IMG/VR virus record: IMGVR_UViG_3300032092_000077
Location: 1-40,924 of that record
Length of the DNA: 40,924 nt
Direction: 5' to 3' (one strand)
From: a virus
Taxonomy: Duplodnaviria; Caudoviricetes
Of this stretch, positions 17,242 through 26,500 are shown piece after piece. Positions within the stretch are counted from its first letter, which is position 1; every line of letters starts with the position of its first letter. The position numbers were made by a program, and so were the translations under genes. The notes below the pieces were generated by a model. That model saw only the letters and a list, made by a program, of their open reading frames with translations, was not told the origin of the DNA and made no database searches.

Positions 17242-18500
17242 GGTGTGGCCACGGGCGTGATGGTGAGGATCTGGACCAAGGGCGACAGCCCCGAAATCGG
17301 GCCGAGTTGCACTTCCGCCCACGGCTGGCCGTCAACGGTCGCGGTGTAGCCACCCTGACCCGTAAACGTCCAGCGCCATTGGCCATTCACAATTCGCATT
17401 TCAATCTCGTATATAGATGGACTCGGCGGCGGCTCGGGCCACGTGCCAAGCCATGGACCACTTCCACCGCCTACTCCACCGCCTACCATAGTGAGGCTTG
17501 CCGGCAAATTGTACGGATATTGCCCCGGTTGGCTGGCTACCAGGTCAATCGTGAAGTCTCCCGAGGGTGTAACCCGCGCCGTGAACGTCGCCCACGCGCT
17601 GGCGACTTCGCAGCCTGGCGTGCCCACGGCCACGTCGCGCGCGGTCACTTGGTGTTCGTACTCGATGCCGTCGGTCAACAATGCACTCGGCACGGTGTAG
17701 CTGGGCTGGGTCAACACGCCGCTGGTCACCACCACTACCTGGTCGCTCTTGCGGCGGATCTGCCACACGTAGCCACCCGCCCCCGCCACGGCGTCACAGG
17801 TCAATGTCGGGGTCAGGCTGGTGTTACCCGTGGTCAAATTACTCGGCGCGGCCAGTTTGGTCGTCAACGGTCGCGGCACGTTCTGGGCCGCCACCATGGC
17901 ATTGTTCACGCTGGCGAACACCCAGATGAAATACTGGGTATTGTTCGCGGGCAACGTGATCGCCTTGCTCGTGGCACCCGCTGCCGCCGTCCCGCTGTAG
18001 CTACAGTTCGCCGTGTCAATCGCTCCCGCTTGCGTCGTCGGCAACGTCCGCGACGTGTGTGCCAGGATCCTGTACCCCGTCGCGCCACGGCAGGCCGTCC
18101 ATTCGACGGTGACACTCAACGGCTGGCACGTCGCCCCGCTGGCAGGGGACGTGACGAGGAATCGCGGCGGTTGCGTGGTCGGCGTGGTCTGCGTGGCGCG
18201 CGTGGGCGGAAACGTGGGCTGGGTACCGGGAAACAATAGGTCCTCGTCGGTCACCACCACGCCCTGTTGGTTGCCGACTGTGCCCGGTGAAAAGAATGAG
18301 AACCAGAATACCGGCCGTCCTTCCCCGGTATCCCACCACGGCGCGCACCCGCGCCGACTGACGATGCTGCCGCTGTCGCCGTGCACGTCGCGCGCATCCG
18401 GCGAGCGCGTGGCGCCGTCCAGCAACTCCAGCTCGCGGGGATCCGTGGATTGGTCCACGCCGCCGTCAAGCCGCTCCAGTCGTTGGGCGCGCAACGCCAT
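17238..18500 (-). CDS. Tail-associated protein with fibronectin-III-like repeats
   Basis: VEWTACRGATGYRI...NTQYFIWVFA and LTCDAVAGAGGYVWQI...YEHQVTA FN3-like patterns. Confidence 0.6.
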   Translation of the reverse strand: MALRAQRLERLDGGVDQSTDPRELELLDGATRSPDARDVHGDSGSIVSRRGCAPWWDTGEGRPVFWFSFFSPGTVGNQQGVVVTDEDLLFPGTQPTFPPTRATQTTPTTQPPRFLVTSPASGATCQPLSVTVEWTACRGATGYRILAHTSRTLPTTQAGAIDTANCSYSGTAAAGATSKAITLPANNTQYFIWVFASVNNAMVAAQNVPRPLTTKLAAPSNLTTGNTSLTPTLTCDAVAGAGGYVWQIRRKSDQVVVVTSGVLTQPSYTVPSALLTDGIEYEHQVTARDVAVGTPGCEVASAWATFTARVTPSGDFTIDLVASQPGQYPYNLPASLTMVGGGVGGGSGPWLGTWPEPPPSPSIYEIEMRIVNGQWRWTFTGQGGYTATVDGQPWAEVQLGPISGLSPLVQILTITPVATP

Positions 18501-18503
18501 GGT

Positions 18504-19445
18504 CTAGCAGCCTCCCGTGATGCGGACACGTTTGACGCCGTTGCTGCGCCCGCCCCGGCCGTGATGCGCCTGGGCCCAGGCCCGCAGCTCCTCGGTGGCC
18601 ATCTGCTTGCACGCGGCGGCCCGCGGCAACGTGGTCTCGCTCATGGCCAGCAATCGGGCCGCGGCACCGTACACCAGCGCCGCCTCCAACGACACGGCAT
18701 CGGGCACATCCAGGTCCGTGTCGGCGGCCAGGGCCAGCGTGTCGGCGTCGGCGTCCAGGTCAGCCAGGCCCGAGCAACCCCAGAAACACAGCGCCCCGGT
18801 GCGGGTGCTCTCGGCATACACGTCGAGCTCCACCTGGGCGGCCCCGCGGAAAGTGAACCCGCGGGGCGCGCCCGTGCTCTTGGTCCCCGCCCCGTTGTAA
18901 AAGGCGTTTACGCCCGCGCCAAAGCGGCCGCGGGGCGCCAGCTCGGTCAGCGCCGTCCATCTGTCTGGACTGCCGGCGGGCTGGTACTCGATCAGATCCA
19001 CGCGGCGCAGTCCCGTGGGCACGCTCACCAGGTCCTCACCGGCCACCAGGTTGGCCAGCACGGGCACGGCCAGCGCGCCCGGCGCGTAGCGCAACAGCTG
19101 GCTCTCGATATGCCGCAACTCGTCGTTGATCCGCTCGTCCACGTCCTGGTCGGTCCAGCCGCCCTGGCGCATCACCAGCTCGTGGGCCGCGCCGCTGGCC
19201 ACGGCCCCCAGCGCCTTGTGGAGGGTCAGGCTGGTGTCACTGGCCACGGCGATGATGGTGCGGACCACGCCGCCCACGCGCAACTCCTGGCCCGGGGCGT
19301 ACTCGGTCAGAAATAACGTGCCGGTGCCGGTCACGGTCACACTGTCGGCGGCGGCGCTCACGGTGCCGGTTTGGGTTTGGAACGTGGCGCCGCGTTCGCG
19401 GACTTCGCCGCGCACGGCCCAGCGCAGTTGACTCAAGGTTTTCAT
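18504..19445 (-). CDS. Head-tail adaptor-like protein
   Basis: TLSQLR..VR, WTDQDVDERIN, ALVYGAAARL patterns, with an inserted GTVS...VTGTGTLF beta module. Confidence 0.6.
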   Translation of the reverse strand: MKTLSQLRWAVRGEVRERGATFQTQTGTVSAAADSVTVTGTGTLFLTEYAPGQELRVGGVVRTIIAVASDTSLTLHKALGAVASGAAHELVMRQGGWTDQDVDERINDELRHIESQLLRYAPGALAVPVLANLVAGEDLVSVPTGLRRVDLIEYQPAGSPDRWTALTELAPRGRFGAGVNAFYNGAGTKSTGAPRGFTFRGAAQVELDVYAESTRTGALCFWGCSGLADLDADADTLALAADTDLDVPDAVSLEAALVYGAAARLLAMSETTLPRAAACKQMATEELRAWAQAHHGRGGRSNGVKRVRITGGC

Positions 19446-19449
19446 CGGG

Positions 19450-19947
19450 TCACCACTTCAACGACAAACCGCCTGCCAGGTACGGCCGCGCCGCATCGCT
19501 CTGGCTGCCGACGCTGACAAACCAGTCCACGGCTTCCAGGTTGCCGGGCAGCTTGCCGAGTAGGCCCGTGGCGTTCTTGGTGTCGGCCAACACGGGGGGC
19601 AATGCGCTCAACCGCCCGCACAAGCCCACGCCCACCAGGTGCTTTTCCGTCTCGGTCGCGTAGAGGTACACCAGCCCGGGCCGCACACTGGATTGGAGGC
19701 GCAATTTGCTCACCCGGATTTGCCAGGTGGCCACGTTGCCCTGCACGCCCACCACGGCGGAGACCTCACTGCGCCAGTGGTCGCGCGGGTCGGCCACGAT
19801 GGCGGCCCCGCCCATCAACTGGGTGTTGTCCCCGATCAACGCGATCAGGTTCCTGGTCTTTTCGACATTGGCGGGGGGCAGGTTGGTTTGCGCGCGGGCG
19901 GGGAGCGCGGCGCTGGCCAGGATCAGGCTGAGGATGAGCTTCTTCAC
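19450..19947 (-). CDS. Exported protein, possible small outer-membrane beta-barrel
   Basis: GTG start overlapping the upstream stop, with AAGGAG RBS; signal peptide; ends YLAGGLSLKW. Confidence 0.55.
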   Translation of the reverse strand: MKKLILSLILASAALPARAQTNLPPANVEKTRNLIALIGDNTQLMGGAAIVADPRDHWRSEVSAVVGVQGNVATWQIRVSKLRLQSSVRPGLVYLYATETEKHLVGVGLCGRLSALPPVLADTKNATGLLGKLPGNLEAVDWFVSVGSQSDAARPYLAGGLSLKW

Positions 19948-20189
19948 TTTGGATCTCCTTCGGGTTTGCGCTTCTCCATCCATTTGGAAAAGCTGTTGGA
20001 CGTGAACGCCAGCCCGGCATTGCAAATGCCGATGCCGGCCAGAAACAGCGTGATGGTCCATGAGACAGAATTGGGCCAGTCGCCTTTTTCGGCGTGGGGC
20101 TTGAGCAAGTCCACGAACGGCGTCAACAGCGGGATGCCGAGAAAGCAGGCCAGTTTCAGCAGCACCATGTGGCCCTCGGTGATTTTCAT
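19944..20189 (-). CDS. Holin-like two-TM membrane protein
   Basis: 81 aa, two hydrophobic segments, charged C-terminus. Confidence 0.55.
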   Translation of the reverse strand: MKITEGHMVLLKLACFLGIPLLTPFVDLLKPHAEKGDWPNSVSWTITLFLAGIGICNAGLAFTSNSFSKWMEKRKPEGDPK

Positions 20190-20779
20190 GCGCGCCTCAC
20201 GATCCGCCAGGCCCAGGCCACGCCGATCAACCCCAGGGCAATGGCAATGATGTAAATGGCGCGTTCCAACGCGATGCCAAGGCGCTCCAACACGCGGCTG
20301 AGCGTGGCGGCCAGCGTTTTGTACTCCCCGGCGGCCAGCGCGATCTGCTCACCGCTGCCGCGGACCGTCGCGGCCACGTCGGCCAGGGCCACGGCACCGG
20401 TCTGGGCCAGCTTGCTGTAGTCCTCCAGCGTGGTGTCGGCCTGGCGCACCACCACTTCCGTGCGTTTCCCCAGCCGCTCCGTGCGCGTGTTGGCCGTCTC
20501 CACCAGCGAGCACCCCGTCGCCAGGGCCAGCGCGCCCGCCAACAGGATCGGCGCCCCGCGGGGTGCCAACGCGCGGAGCGCGCCCACCACGATCGCGCCC
20601 AGCACCGTGCACAGGACCAGCATCCCCAGCGCCGCCTTGCCCGCCAACCGAAACACCAGTTGCGTGCCGTATTCCTCGATCACCTTGCGGGCCGCACTGG
20701 CCGCCACGTAGTCCAAACACACCCGCTGCTGGGGCGTGAAGTTCGCTTCCACCAAACGGTCCAGGTCCTTGTCGCTCAT
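20186..20779 (-). CDS. Membrane protein with internal lipobox and C-terminal TM (spanin-like)
   Basis: TM segment, LALATG-C, helical Ala-rich region, C-terminal TM; GGAG RBS. Confidence 0.45.
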   Translation of the reverse strand: MSDKDLDRLVEANFTPQQRVCLDYVAASAARKVIEEYGTQLVFRLAGKAALGMLVLCTVLGAIVVGALRALAPRGAPILLAGALALATGCSLVETANTRTERLGKRTEVVVRQADTTLEDYSKLAQTGAVALADVAATVRGSGEQIALAAGEYKTLAATLSRVLERLGIALERAIYIIAIALGLIGVAWAWRIVRRA

Positions 20780-20803
20780 CGTGATTTCTCCAAGTCCGCC
20801 ACG

Positions 20804-21574
20804 TCACAGCCCATAGGTTCCCTTGGTCAGGTTGTAGAGGTTGACGACCTCGTTGCTGGTCAGGGCGCGGTTGAAAACTTTAACATCATCCAATAGACCC
20901 TTGTATGCGTTGGCAGTCGTCGTGTCGCTCGTCCGTTCCGCGCCCAAGCTGTAGTAACTCGACGCGCCGTAGGTGTAACTTATGTTCGTCGTCGCCGCCC
21001 ATGCGCCGTTAAGGTAAATGGTCTTGCTGTCGCCGCTCAACACGACAACGACATGGTTCCAATTCGTAAAACCGCCTGAACAGAAAACATCTTCCGCGAT
21101 AAATGTGCGCCCGACCGACAGTTTGGTGTTTGAGTGGCTAAGAAAGCCGATGAACAAATCCCCCGCCTGATTGGTGCCGGAGTCGAAAAACATATCGTGC
21201 GTGCTCGCGCCATTTCCGGTTTTCTTGGCAAACAGCGACACCGAGCAGTTAGTCGAGTTAAAGCCGGTTCTGTTGCTTGATCTAGCCGACGCCGTTCCGC
21301 CGTCGAACACCGCCGCGCCGCCGACGGTATTTGTCCAGATGCTTGTCGCCGACCCGATGCCGTCATTGCTTGCCGCAGCGTCGTAGTAATTGGTGCCGTC
21401 GTTGGCGGAGTACGTGAGCCAAATGACGCAGTTGGTGAACAAGCTCGTCGGCATGACGCTGATCTTGCCGATCTGGTCGCGGTCGTATCGTTTCGCCGTG
21501 CGCGAGTAGCCGACCGTATTCTGCGCCAGCGCGTTGCCGGTCAGCAACAAGAGTATGGTGAGCAGGGCTTTCAT
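20804..21574 (-). CDS. LamG / concanavalin-A-like domain protein with signal peptide
   Basis: WNHVVVV...IYLNG...YKGLLDDVKVFNRALTSNEV..LY; lower GC than the genome core. Confidence 0.85.
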   Translation of the reverse strand: MKALLTILLLLTGNALAQNTVGYSRTAKRYDRDQIGKISVMPTSLFTNCVIWLTYSANDGTNYYDAAASNDGIGSATSIWTNTVGGAAVFDGGTASARSSNRTGFNSTNCSVSLFAKKTGNGASTHDMFFDSGTNQAGDLFIGFLSHSNTKLSVGRTFIAEDVFCSGGFTNWNHVVVVLSGDSKTIYLNGAWAATTNISYTYGASSYYSLGAERTSDTTTANAYKGLLDDVKVFNRALTSNEVVNLYNLTKGTYGL

Positions 21575-23466
21575 CTGTTCGGTAGTGTGTTCGTGTTGAC
21601 GCTGACGCCGTTAATGACGGTGATGAGATAGAGATTGCTCAACAGCGTATCGGCATAGGTAGTCCAGACGTAGTTACTGGAGTTCACGTAGGCGAAGAAA
21701 TTGGTGTTCAAGACGATGTTGACCGCGGTCGCGCCGTTGGTGACGGTCGCCAGATAGCGAGCGTCATTGGTCTGCACCAGCCCGCCGACTGTCACGCCGC
21801 CAACCGCGCCCGCGTTAGTCGCGTAGCCGCTGCTCGTCGAGTAGGCGATGTCGGTCAGGCCGCTGCCGTTGCCGTAGAAGCCGGTTGAGTTCAGCCCGCC
21901 GATCACCGAGAAGCTGGCGGTGCCGGTTGCCGGCGGGGCGCGCAGAAAATAGATGCCGTCGCTCGACGTTCCCCAGCCAGCCGCGACCATCCAGCCCGGA
22001 CGGTTGGTTTCGACGAGCTTCCAGTAAGAGTCACCACCGCCATAGCGGTAGGCGTTGCCGGCAAGTGACACACTCTTGTAGGCCGCGCTGAACGTCTCCA
22101 GAATCACTGATGCCTTGCCGCCAATCCAGAAGTGATGGTAATTCGGCTCGCGGGGATACTCCGGCGGTTTGCCGCCAACACCCGAGTCCGCCGTCAGCGA
22201 GTAGCTGGCAGGAATCGTGGCGTTCGCAATGTCAGCAGGGTTCGTGACCAGCAAGTAGCCCGTGTGTCGCAGTGAAGGGCTGGAGAAGCCGTAGGGCTGC
22301 ATCGTTGACCACGTGGCCCAGTTGTTGGTGGACTCGCTCCAATGCAGGCCGATGCCCTCCGAGTACGCGCCCGTGCTGCCGTACCGATCTGCAATTACCA
22401 CGTCGTGCCCGTTGGAAATAGACAACAGCTTGCCGGCCTCCCAGCCCGTTCCCCAGCCCGCCCAATCGTTTGTCTTTAGCGCCGTCCAACCGTTCGTCCA
22501 GCCCGCCGTCGAGTAGGCCATTTCCAAGCGGCCCGTCGTGCCGGTCGTCTGCCACTTGTAGAGGAAATAGTTGGTCCCGCCCCGGCTGAATGGATAGAAG
22601 TCAATCGCATACGGCAGCCCCGTCCAATTCACCGGCTGCGCAACCGTCCAATCCAGCATGTTGGTCGAGAGCGAGTAGTACGGCGAAAAGTTCGTGCCGT
22701 TATCGGTCGAGACCGGGAAGAACACCCAATTCGTCGTTCCCGACCGCAAGAAGTTCATGGCCCATAAGTGCGTCAGGCCGGTCACGTTGGTCGCCCACAC
22801 GCGGGTGTAGTCCGTGAAGTCCGTCAGCCGGTTGGTCGTGGTGCGCGCAATCCAAAAGAAGTTCGTTGTCTGGTAGTACGACACGCCCGGACGGACGAAC
22901 TCCGTGGCCGTGTAGTAGTAGCCATCCCCCGGCTCGTACAGCGGCAGCGCCTCAGCCCGTCCAATAGAGGGCAGATACATGGTCTTGCCGCCGAACGCTG
23001 GCAGCCACGATTTCAAGTCCTTCGACCACATCATCTGCACGCGGTTGGTCGTGAACGGCATCGCCCACGCCAGCCACACCGGGTCAAACGCTGTCGCGCC
23101 CGACAACTGGCCTGCCGTCGCCAGTCCGTTCGTGCCGGCGAGTGTCAGCCAGTTGGTGTTGCCGTTGGCCCAGAGCAGCCCCAAAATATCGTTGGTCGTC
23201 ACACTACTGGTGCCCAGCGTGTTCGTCGCGTTGCCGACGATCCACAGGAGATTGCTGCCGCTCATCTTCAATAAGCCATTGGCATTGGTCCCGCCCAGAC
23301 GCGCACCGCTGACAAAAAACTTGAGATCGTCCAAATAATTCGTGCCGGTCTCCTTGACCTGGTAACCCGGCCGCGCCGACTGGCCACGCGCGAACCACGT
23401 CAGCAACGCCGCCAACACGCATGTTACCCACAAGATACGGCCAAATGCTGGTGTGCGGCGCGTCAT
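21571..23466 (-). CDS. Tail fibre/spike-like protein with GH43-like beta-propeller
   Basis: HLWA, AIDFY, YFLYK, WEAG motifs; signal-peptide-like N-terminus; Thr/Asn/Gly-rich; lower GC. Confidence 0.55.
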   Translation of the reverse strand: MTRRTPAFGRILWVTCVLAALLTWFARGQSARPGYQVKETGTNYLDDLKFFVSGARLGGTNANGLLKMSGSNLLWIVGNATNTLGTSSVTTNDILGLLWANGNTNWLTLAGTNGLATAGQLSGATAFDPVWLAWAMPFTTNRVQMMWSKDLKSWLPAFGGKTMYLPSIGRAEALPLYEPGDGYYYTATEFVRPGVSYYQTTNFFWIARTTTNRLTDFTDYTRVWATNVTGLTHLWAMNFLRSGTTNWVFFPVSTDNGTNFSPYYSLSTNMLDWTVAQPVNWTGLPYAIDFYPFSRGGTNYFLYKWQTTGTTGRLEMAYSTAGWTNGWTALKTNDWAGWGTGWEAGKLLSISNGHDVVIADRYGSTGAYSEGIGLHWSESTNNWATWSTMQPYGFSSPSLRHTGYLLVTNPADIANATIPASYSLTADSGVGGKPPEYPREPNYHHFWIGGKASVILETFSAAYKSVSLAGNAYRYGGGDSYWKLVETNRPGWMVAAGWGTSSDGIYFLRAPPATGTASFSVIGGLNSTGFYGNGSGLTDIAYSTSSGYATNAGAVGGVTVGGLVQTNDARYLATVTNGATAVNIVLNTNFFAYVNSSNYVWTTYADTLLSNLYLITVINGVSVNTNTLPNR

Positions 23467-24086
23467 GCCCATTCTCCCAAAATCATCGTCAGTTCGGTCC
23501 AGCCGCCTTCGTCCACCAGGCGCACCAGGTACCTACCGGCATTGGTCCGTCCCGTCAGCACAATCCCAAACCCTGCCGCGGCAAATGCCACGTCGCCCGC
23601 CCGCAACGCGCTCGAATCCACCGGCACCATCTTCAACTGCGGGTTACCGGGATCCACGTCATCCACATGCACCCGATAACTCTTGCCGCTCGGTGATGCC
23701 ACCAGCACCAGGCCGTCCTGCGGACTGGCCAGCACCTTGTCAGTCCCGCGGATCGTGCCCGCGGGTTCCACCAGTGCCCCGCGCTCGCTCGGGCCGCCGT
23801 CATCCAGGCACGCCAACCGGTACAGGTTCCCGCGGGTCAACCCGCGAAACACCACACCAGCCAGCGGATCCGGGAAGTACCAGCGCGAATAGAGCAACGT
23901 CGCCCCGCCACTCGTGGTGGGCGTGGCACTCTCGCCACTGGTCGCGCCGCTGGCAGTCGAGCCGTCGCCCGCTACCGCCCCGTCCGTGGCCGCCGTCCGA
24001 AACCCGCGCGCCTCCAGCTCGGCGCGCCGCGCTTCGGTGAACGCCGCGGGCGCCGTGCCGCTTTCGAATGTCGGGTAATAGCCCAC
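23463..24086 (-). CDS. Hypothetical virion-associated protein
   Basis: Tiles the late operon; three similar repeats (G....g..G..YR..vdD.G). Confidence 0.6.
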   Translation of the reverse strand: MGYYPTFESGTAPAAFTEARRAELEARGFRTAATDGAVAGDGSTASGATSGESATPTTSGGATLLYSRWYFPDPLAGVVFRGLTRGNLYRLACLDDGGPSERGALVEPAGTIRGTDKVLASPQDGLVLVASPSGKSYRVHVDDVDPGNPQLKMVPVDSSALRAGDVAFAAAGFGIVLTGRTNAGRYLVRLVDEGGWTELTMILGEWA

Positions 24087-24093
24087 GGTGCGG

Positions 24094-24468
24094 TTAGTTC
24101 CCCCAAAGCTCGCGGACCAAACCCGTGCGGGGCGCGCCCGTGGTGCCGAGGCTGTAGGTGCCGCTGTCCATGATCGGGAATTTCTGTTCCCAGGTCGTGG
24201 CGGGCGCGATCACGGCCACGGGGCGGTCGTTGCTGCTGCCGGCGTAGAGCACCAGCGCATCGGCGGCATTGGTGTTTATCACCGCAAGCAACGCGCGCTC
24301 CTGGCCGACGATGTTGGTGGTGCACACGGTCGGCTGGTTGGTGTTGGCCGCGGCGGTCACGCTGCGGCTGGTCTGGGTGCGGACTTGAATCGAGGGCAGG
24401 TTGCCGGCCAGCGCGGCGGCGGCGCCGAGCACACTGACGGCCACGATGAGGCGGACATGACGTTTCAT
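24094..24468 (-). CDS. Small beta protein with signal peptide
   Basis: AAGGAG RBS; MKRHVRLIVAVSVLGAAAALA; C-terminus (VRELWGN) resembles that of 12836-13240 (VEVWGIPNR). Confidence 0.7.
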   Translation of the reverse strand: MKRHVRLIVAVSVLGAAAALAGNLPSIQVRTQTSRSVTAAANTNQPTVCTTNIVGQERALLAVINTNAADALVLYAGSSNDRPVAVIAPATTWEQKFPIMDSGTYSLGTTGAPRTGLVRELWGN

Positions 24469-24866
24469 GCTGTGACTCCTTGGGGTTGGCGGACGTGAAA
24501 ACGGATCTGGTCGAAGCCGCGTCGAAACGCGGCGGTGGATCCCACCGTGGGCCGCACGCACAGGTCGAAGCGCACGGCATCGGCCAACGCGGCCTTGCCG
24601 GCCGCGTCCTCGCGGGCGGCGTCGCGGTCCAGCGCGGCCTGGTGGGCGGCCTGCTGGCGGCGAAAGTTTCTCCAGAGGTCTGGATTCTTGCGGCCATCGC
24701 CCGCGCGCACGGCATCGAGCACATGCTGGCCCAGCGTGGCGGCCTCGCACAAGCGCTGCCGCTGGCCGTTGCCGAGCACGCGCTCGACGCGGTGCTGGCC
24801 GTTGGGCAGGCGGCGGGTGCGGAGGTGCGGGTCAATCGCTCGGAGGCGTTGGGCAAAATTTTTCAT
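24465..24866 (-). CDS. Hypothetical protein downstream of the capsid gene
   Basis: MKNFAQRLRAIDPHLR; ATGA overlap with the next gene. Confidence 0.65.
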   Translation of the reverse strand: MKNFAQRLRAIDPHLRTRRLPNGQHRVERVLGNGQRQRLCEAATLGQHVLDAVRAGDGRKNPDLWRNFRRQQAAHQAALDRDAAREDAAGKAALADAVRFDLCVRPTVGSTAAFRRGFDQIRFHVRQPQGVTA

Positions 24867-24890
24867 GGGGTGTTGTGGGTGTCGGGTTCG

Positions 24891-24927
24891 GCGTCCCCGC
24901 CCGCCCTTGCGAGCGGGCGGGGAACGC
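24891..24927. terminator. Stem-loop after the capsid gene (possible terminator or stabiliser)
   Basis: CCCCGCCCGC-8 nt-GCGGGCGGGG; no clear U-tract on the minus strand. Confidence 0.4.
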
Positions 24928-24940
24928 TTTACCGGGTGGG

Positions 24941-26443
24941 TCAGTACACGGTCATCGGCACGCCGCTGACTTCGACGTTGCGGTTGGGCATCGAGCAACC
25001 CAGCTCAAAGCTGGCGTACAGCTCGATGATGTAGAGCGGGAAGTTCGGCAGCTTTTGCAGCATGCCGCCCTGCGGGAGAAACACGGGCTGGAACTCCAGC
25101 GAGCCGTAGATATCCCAGTCCTCGGCCAGGCGCATCCCGAAGTACCGGCCGCACGGGCAATCGGAGTCGGCCAACATCGGCACGCCATCGGCCCAGAGGC
25201 CGACGAAACCGCCGCCGAGGTTCACGTATCCGCCCTGCACGCCCGGCGATGTCGGCACCTGGAACTGGCGGGTGGCCAGCAAGCCAGCGCCGTACTTGTC
25301 GTAGCCCTCGGGCGAGGTCAACCAGATAAACCCTTCCGGCTGGTTCGGGTCCATGATGTTGCCTTCGTCGCCGCCTTCCTTGAACGCCGCGCTCTTGGCC
25401 CGGCGCAAGGTGGCTTCCAGCGCTTCGCCCTGGGCGGGCGTCACGCGCATCGGCCGCCACAAGGCATTGGCCGCGGCCGTGCGGTCCAAGCCCCAGACGG
25501 TGCCGCCGATATCGGTGGCGGCCGCATGAGCGCCCAGCCAGGAGCTGATCCCGGTCACGGCCTGGTTGTAGCTGGAGCTGACGCTGTCCAGGTGGCCGAT
25601 CACCAACCAGTCGTTGTCAGCGGTGTTACCGTGCCCCGCGGCGCCATCGAGCGTGCCCGCGTCGGTCACGGTGATGGTGCCCGCGGTCTTGTCAATCGCG
25701 GTCACTAACAGCCCGTTCTGGCGGACGGCGCCCGTGTCGGACCGGATGGCGCAAACCGGCAACCCGACGTGGAAATACTTGGTCAGGTCACCGGCCAGCG
25801 TATTGATCAGCCCGTCGTTGTCGAGGGTGATCACGCCCGCGGCGGGCGAGCCGGCCACTCGGCCCAGCACGCCGCTCTTGGGCAGGTACAAGGCCTGGTT
25901 AATGATCTTGCCGGCGTCGCGCTCCTTGGCTTTGAGCTCCAACACCATCGCGTCCTGGAATACGACTTCGTTCGACCGGGCCCGATTGATCGTGTTCAAG
26001 TCGAACTGCAGCACGCTGAAGATGTTGCTCGGGTTCGCCTTCGGGGTGATGCCCGTGGTGCTGCCCGGCCGCGCCAGCGCGCCGCTGCCGTTATTCCAGC
26101 CAATGCCCATGATGCCGCCCGTCAGCATGCGCAGCTCAAAGTGCGTGCCGCCGACCAGCCCGATGGGCGTCTTTTGGCCGAGGCGGTTCACGAGGAACTT
26201 GCGCCGCTGCAGGGCGTTTTTCATGCCGCGCAAATACTGCGGCAACATTTGCCAGGTGGCCGAGCCCGTGGCGGGCGCGGTGCTGGCGTCGGTCAACGCG
26301 CCACCGGGGTAGGTCAGCGAGTTGCCCGTCACCGTCCAGGCGAGTTTCCAGCCGCTGGCTTGCAGCCATTGCGCGGCCACGGCCAGCAAGCCCGCGCCGA
26401 GCACGGTCAGCAACGCCGTGAGTTTGTAGAACAACCGTTTCAT
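24941..26443 (-). CDS. Major capsid protein with hydrophobic N-terminal leader
   Basis: ACAGGAG RBS; follows portal and scaffold; ARSNEVVFQDAMVLEL...INQALY, GLDRT and ADSDCP patterns of HK97-fold capsids. Confidence 0.75.
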   Translation of the reverse strand: MKRLFYKLTALLTVLGAGLLAVAAQWLQASGWKLAWTVTGNSLTYPGGALTDASTAPATGSATWQMLPQYLRGMKNALQRRKFLVNRLGQKTPIGLVGGTHFELRMLTGGIMGIGWNNGSGALARPGSTTGITPKANPSNIFSVLQFDLNTINRARSNEVVFQDAMVLELKAKERDAGKIINQALYLPKSGVLGRVAGSPAAGVITLDNDGLINTLAGDLTKYFHVGLPVCAIRSDTGAVRQNGLLVTAIDKTAGTITVTDAGTLDGAAGHGNTADNDWLVIGHLDSVSSSYNQAVTGISSWLGAHAAATDIGGTVWGLDRTAAANALWRPMRVTPAQGEALEATLRRAKSAAFKEGGDEGNIMDPNQPEGFIWLTSPEGYDKYGAGLLATRQFQVPTSPGVQGGYVNLGGGFVGLWADGVPMLADSDCPCGRYFGMRLAEDWDIYGSLEFQPVFLPQGGMLQKLPNFPLYIIELYASFELGCSMPNRNVEVSGVPMTVY

Positions 26444-26500
26444 TGTGTTTTCTCCTGTCTGCATTGTCGTGGTGCTTGGGTGTTGTCGTTGGTTGTCGGG

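Noticed and set aside
21248-21820. Further GACTAAC motifs (21248-21254 and 21814-21820)
   Set aside because: They are ordinary in-frame Thr-Asn codons inside TN-rich genes, with no AGGAGG upstream.
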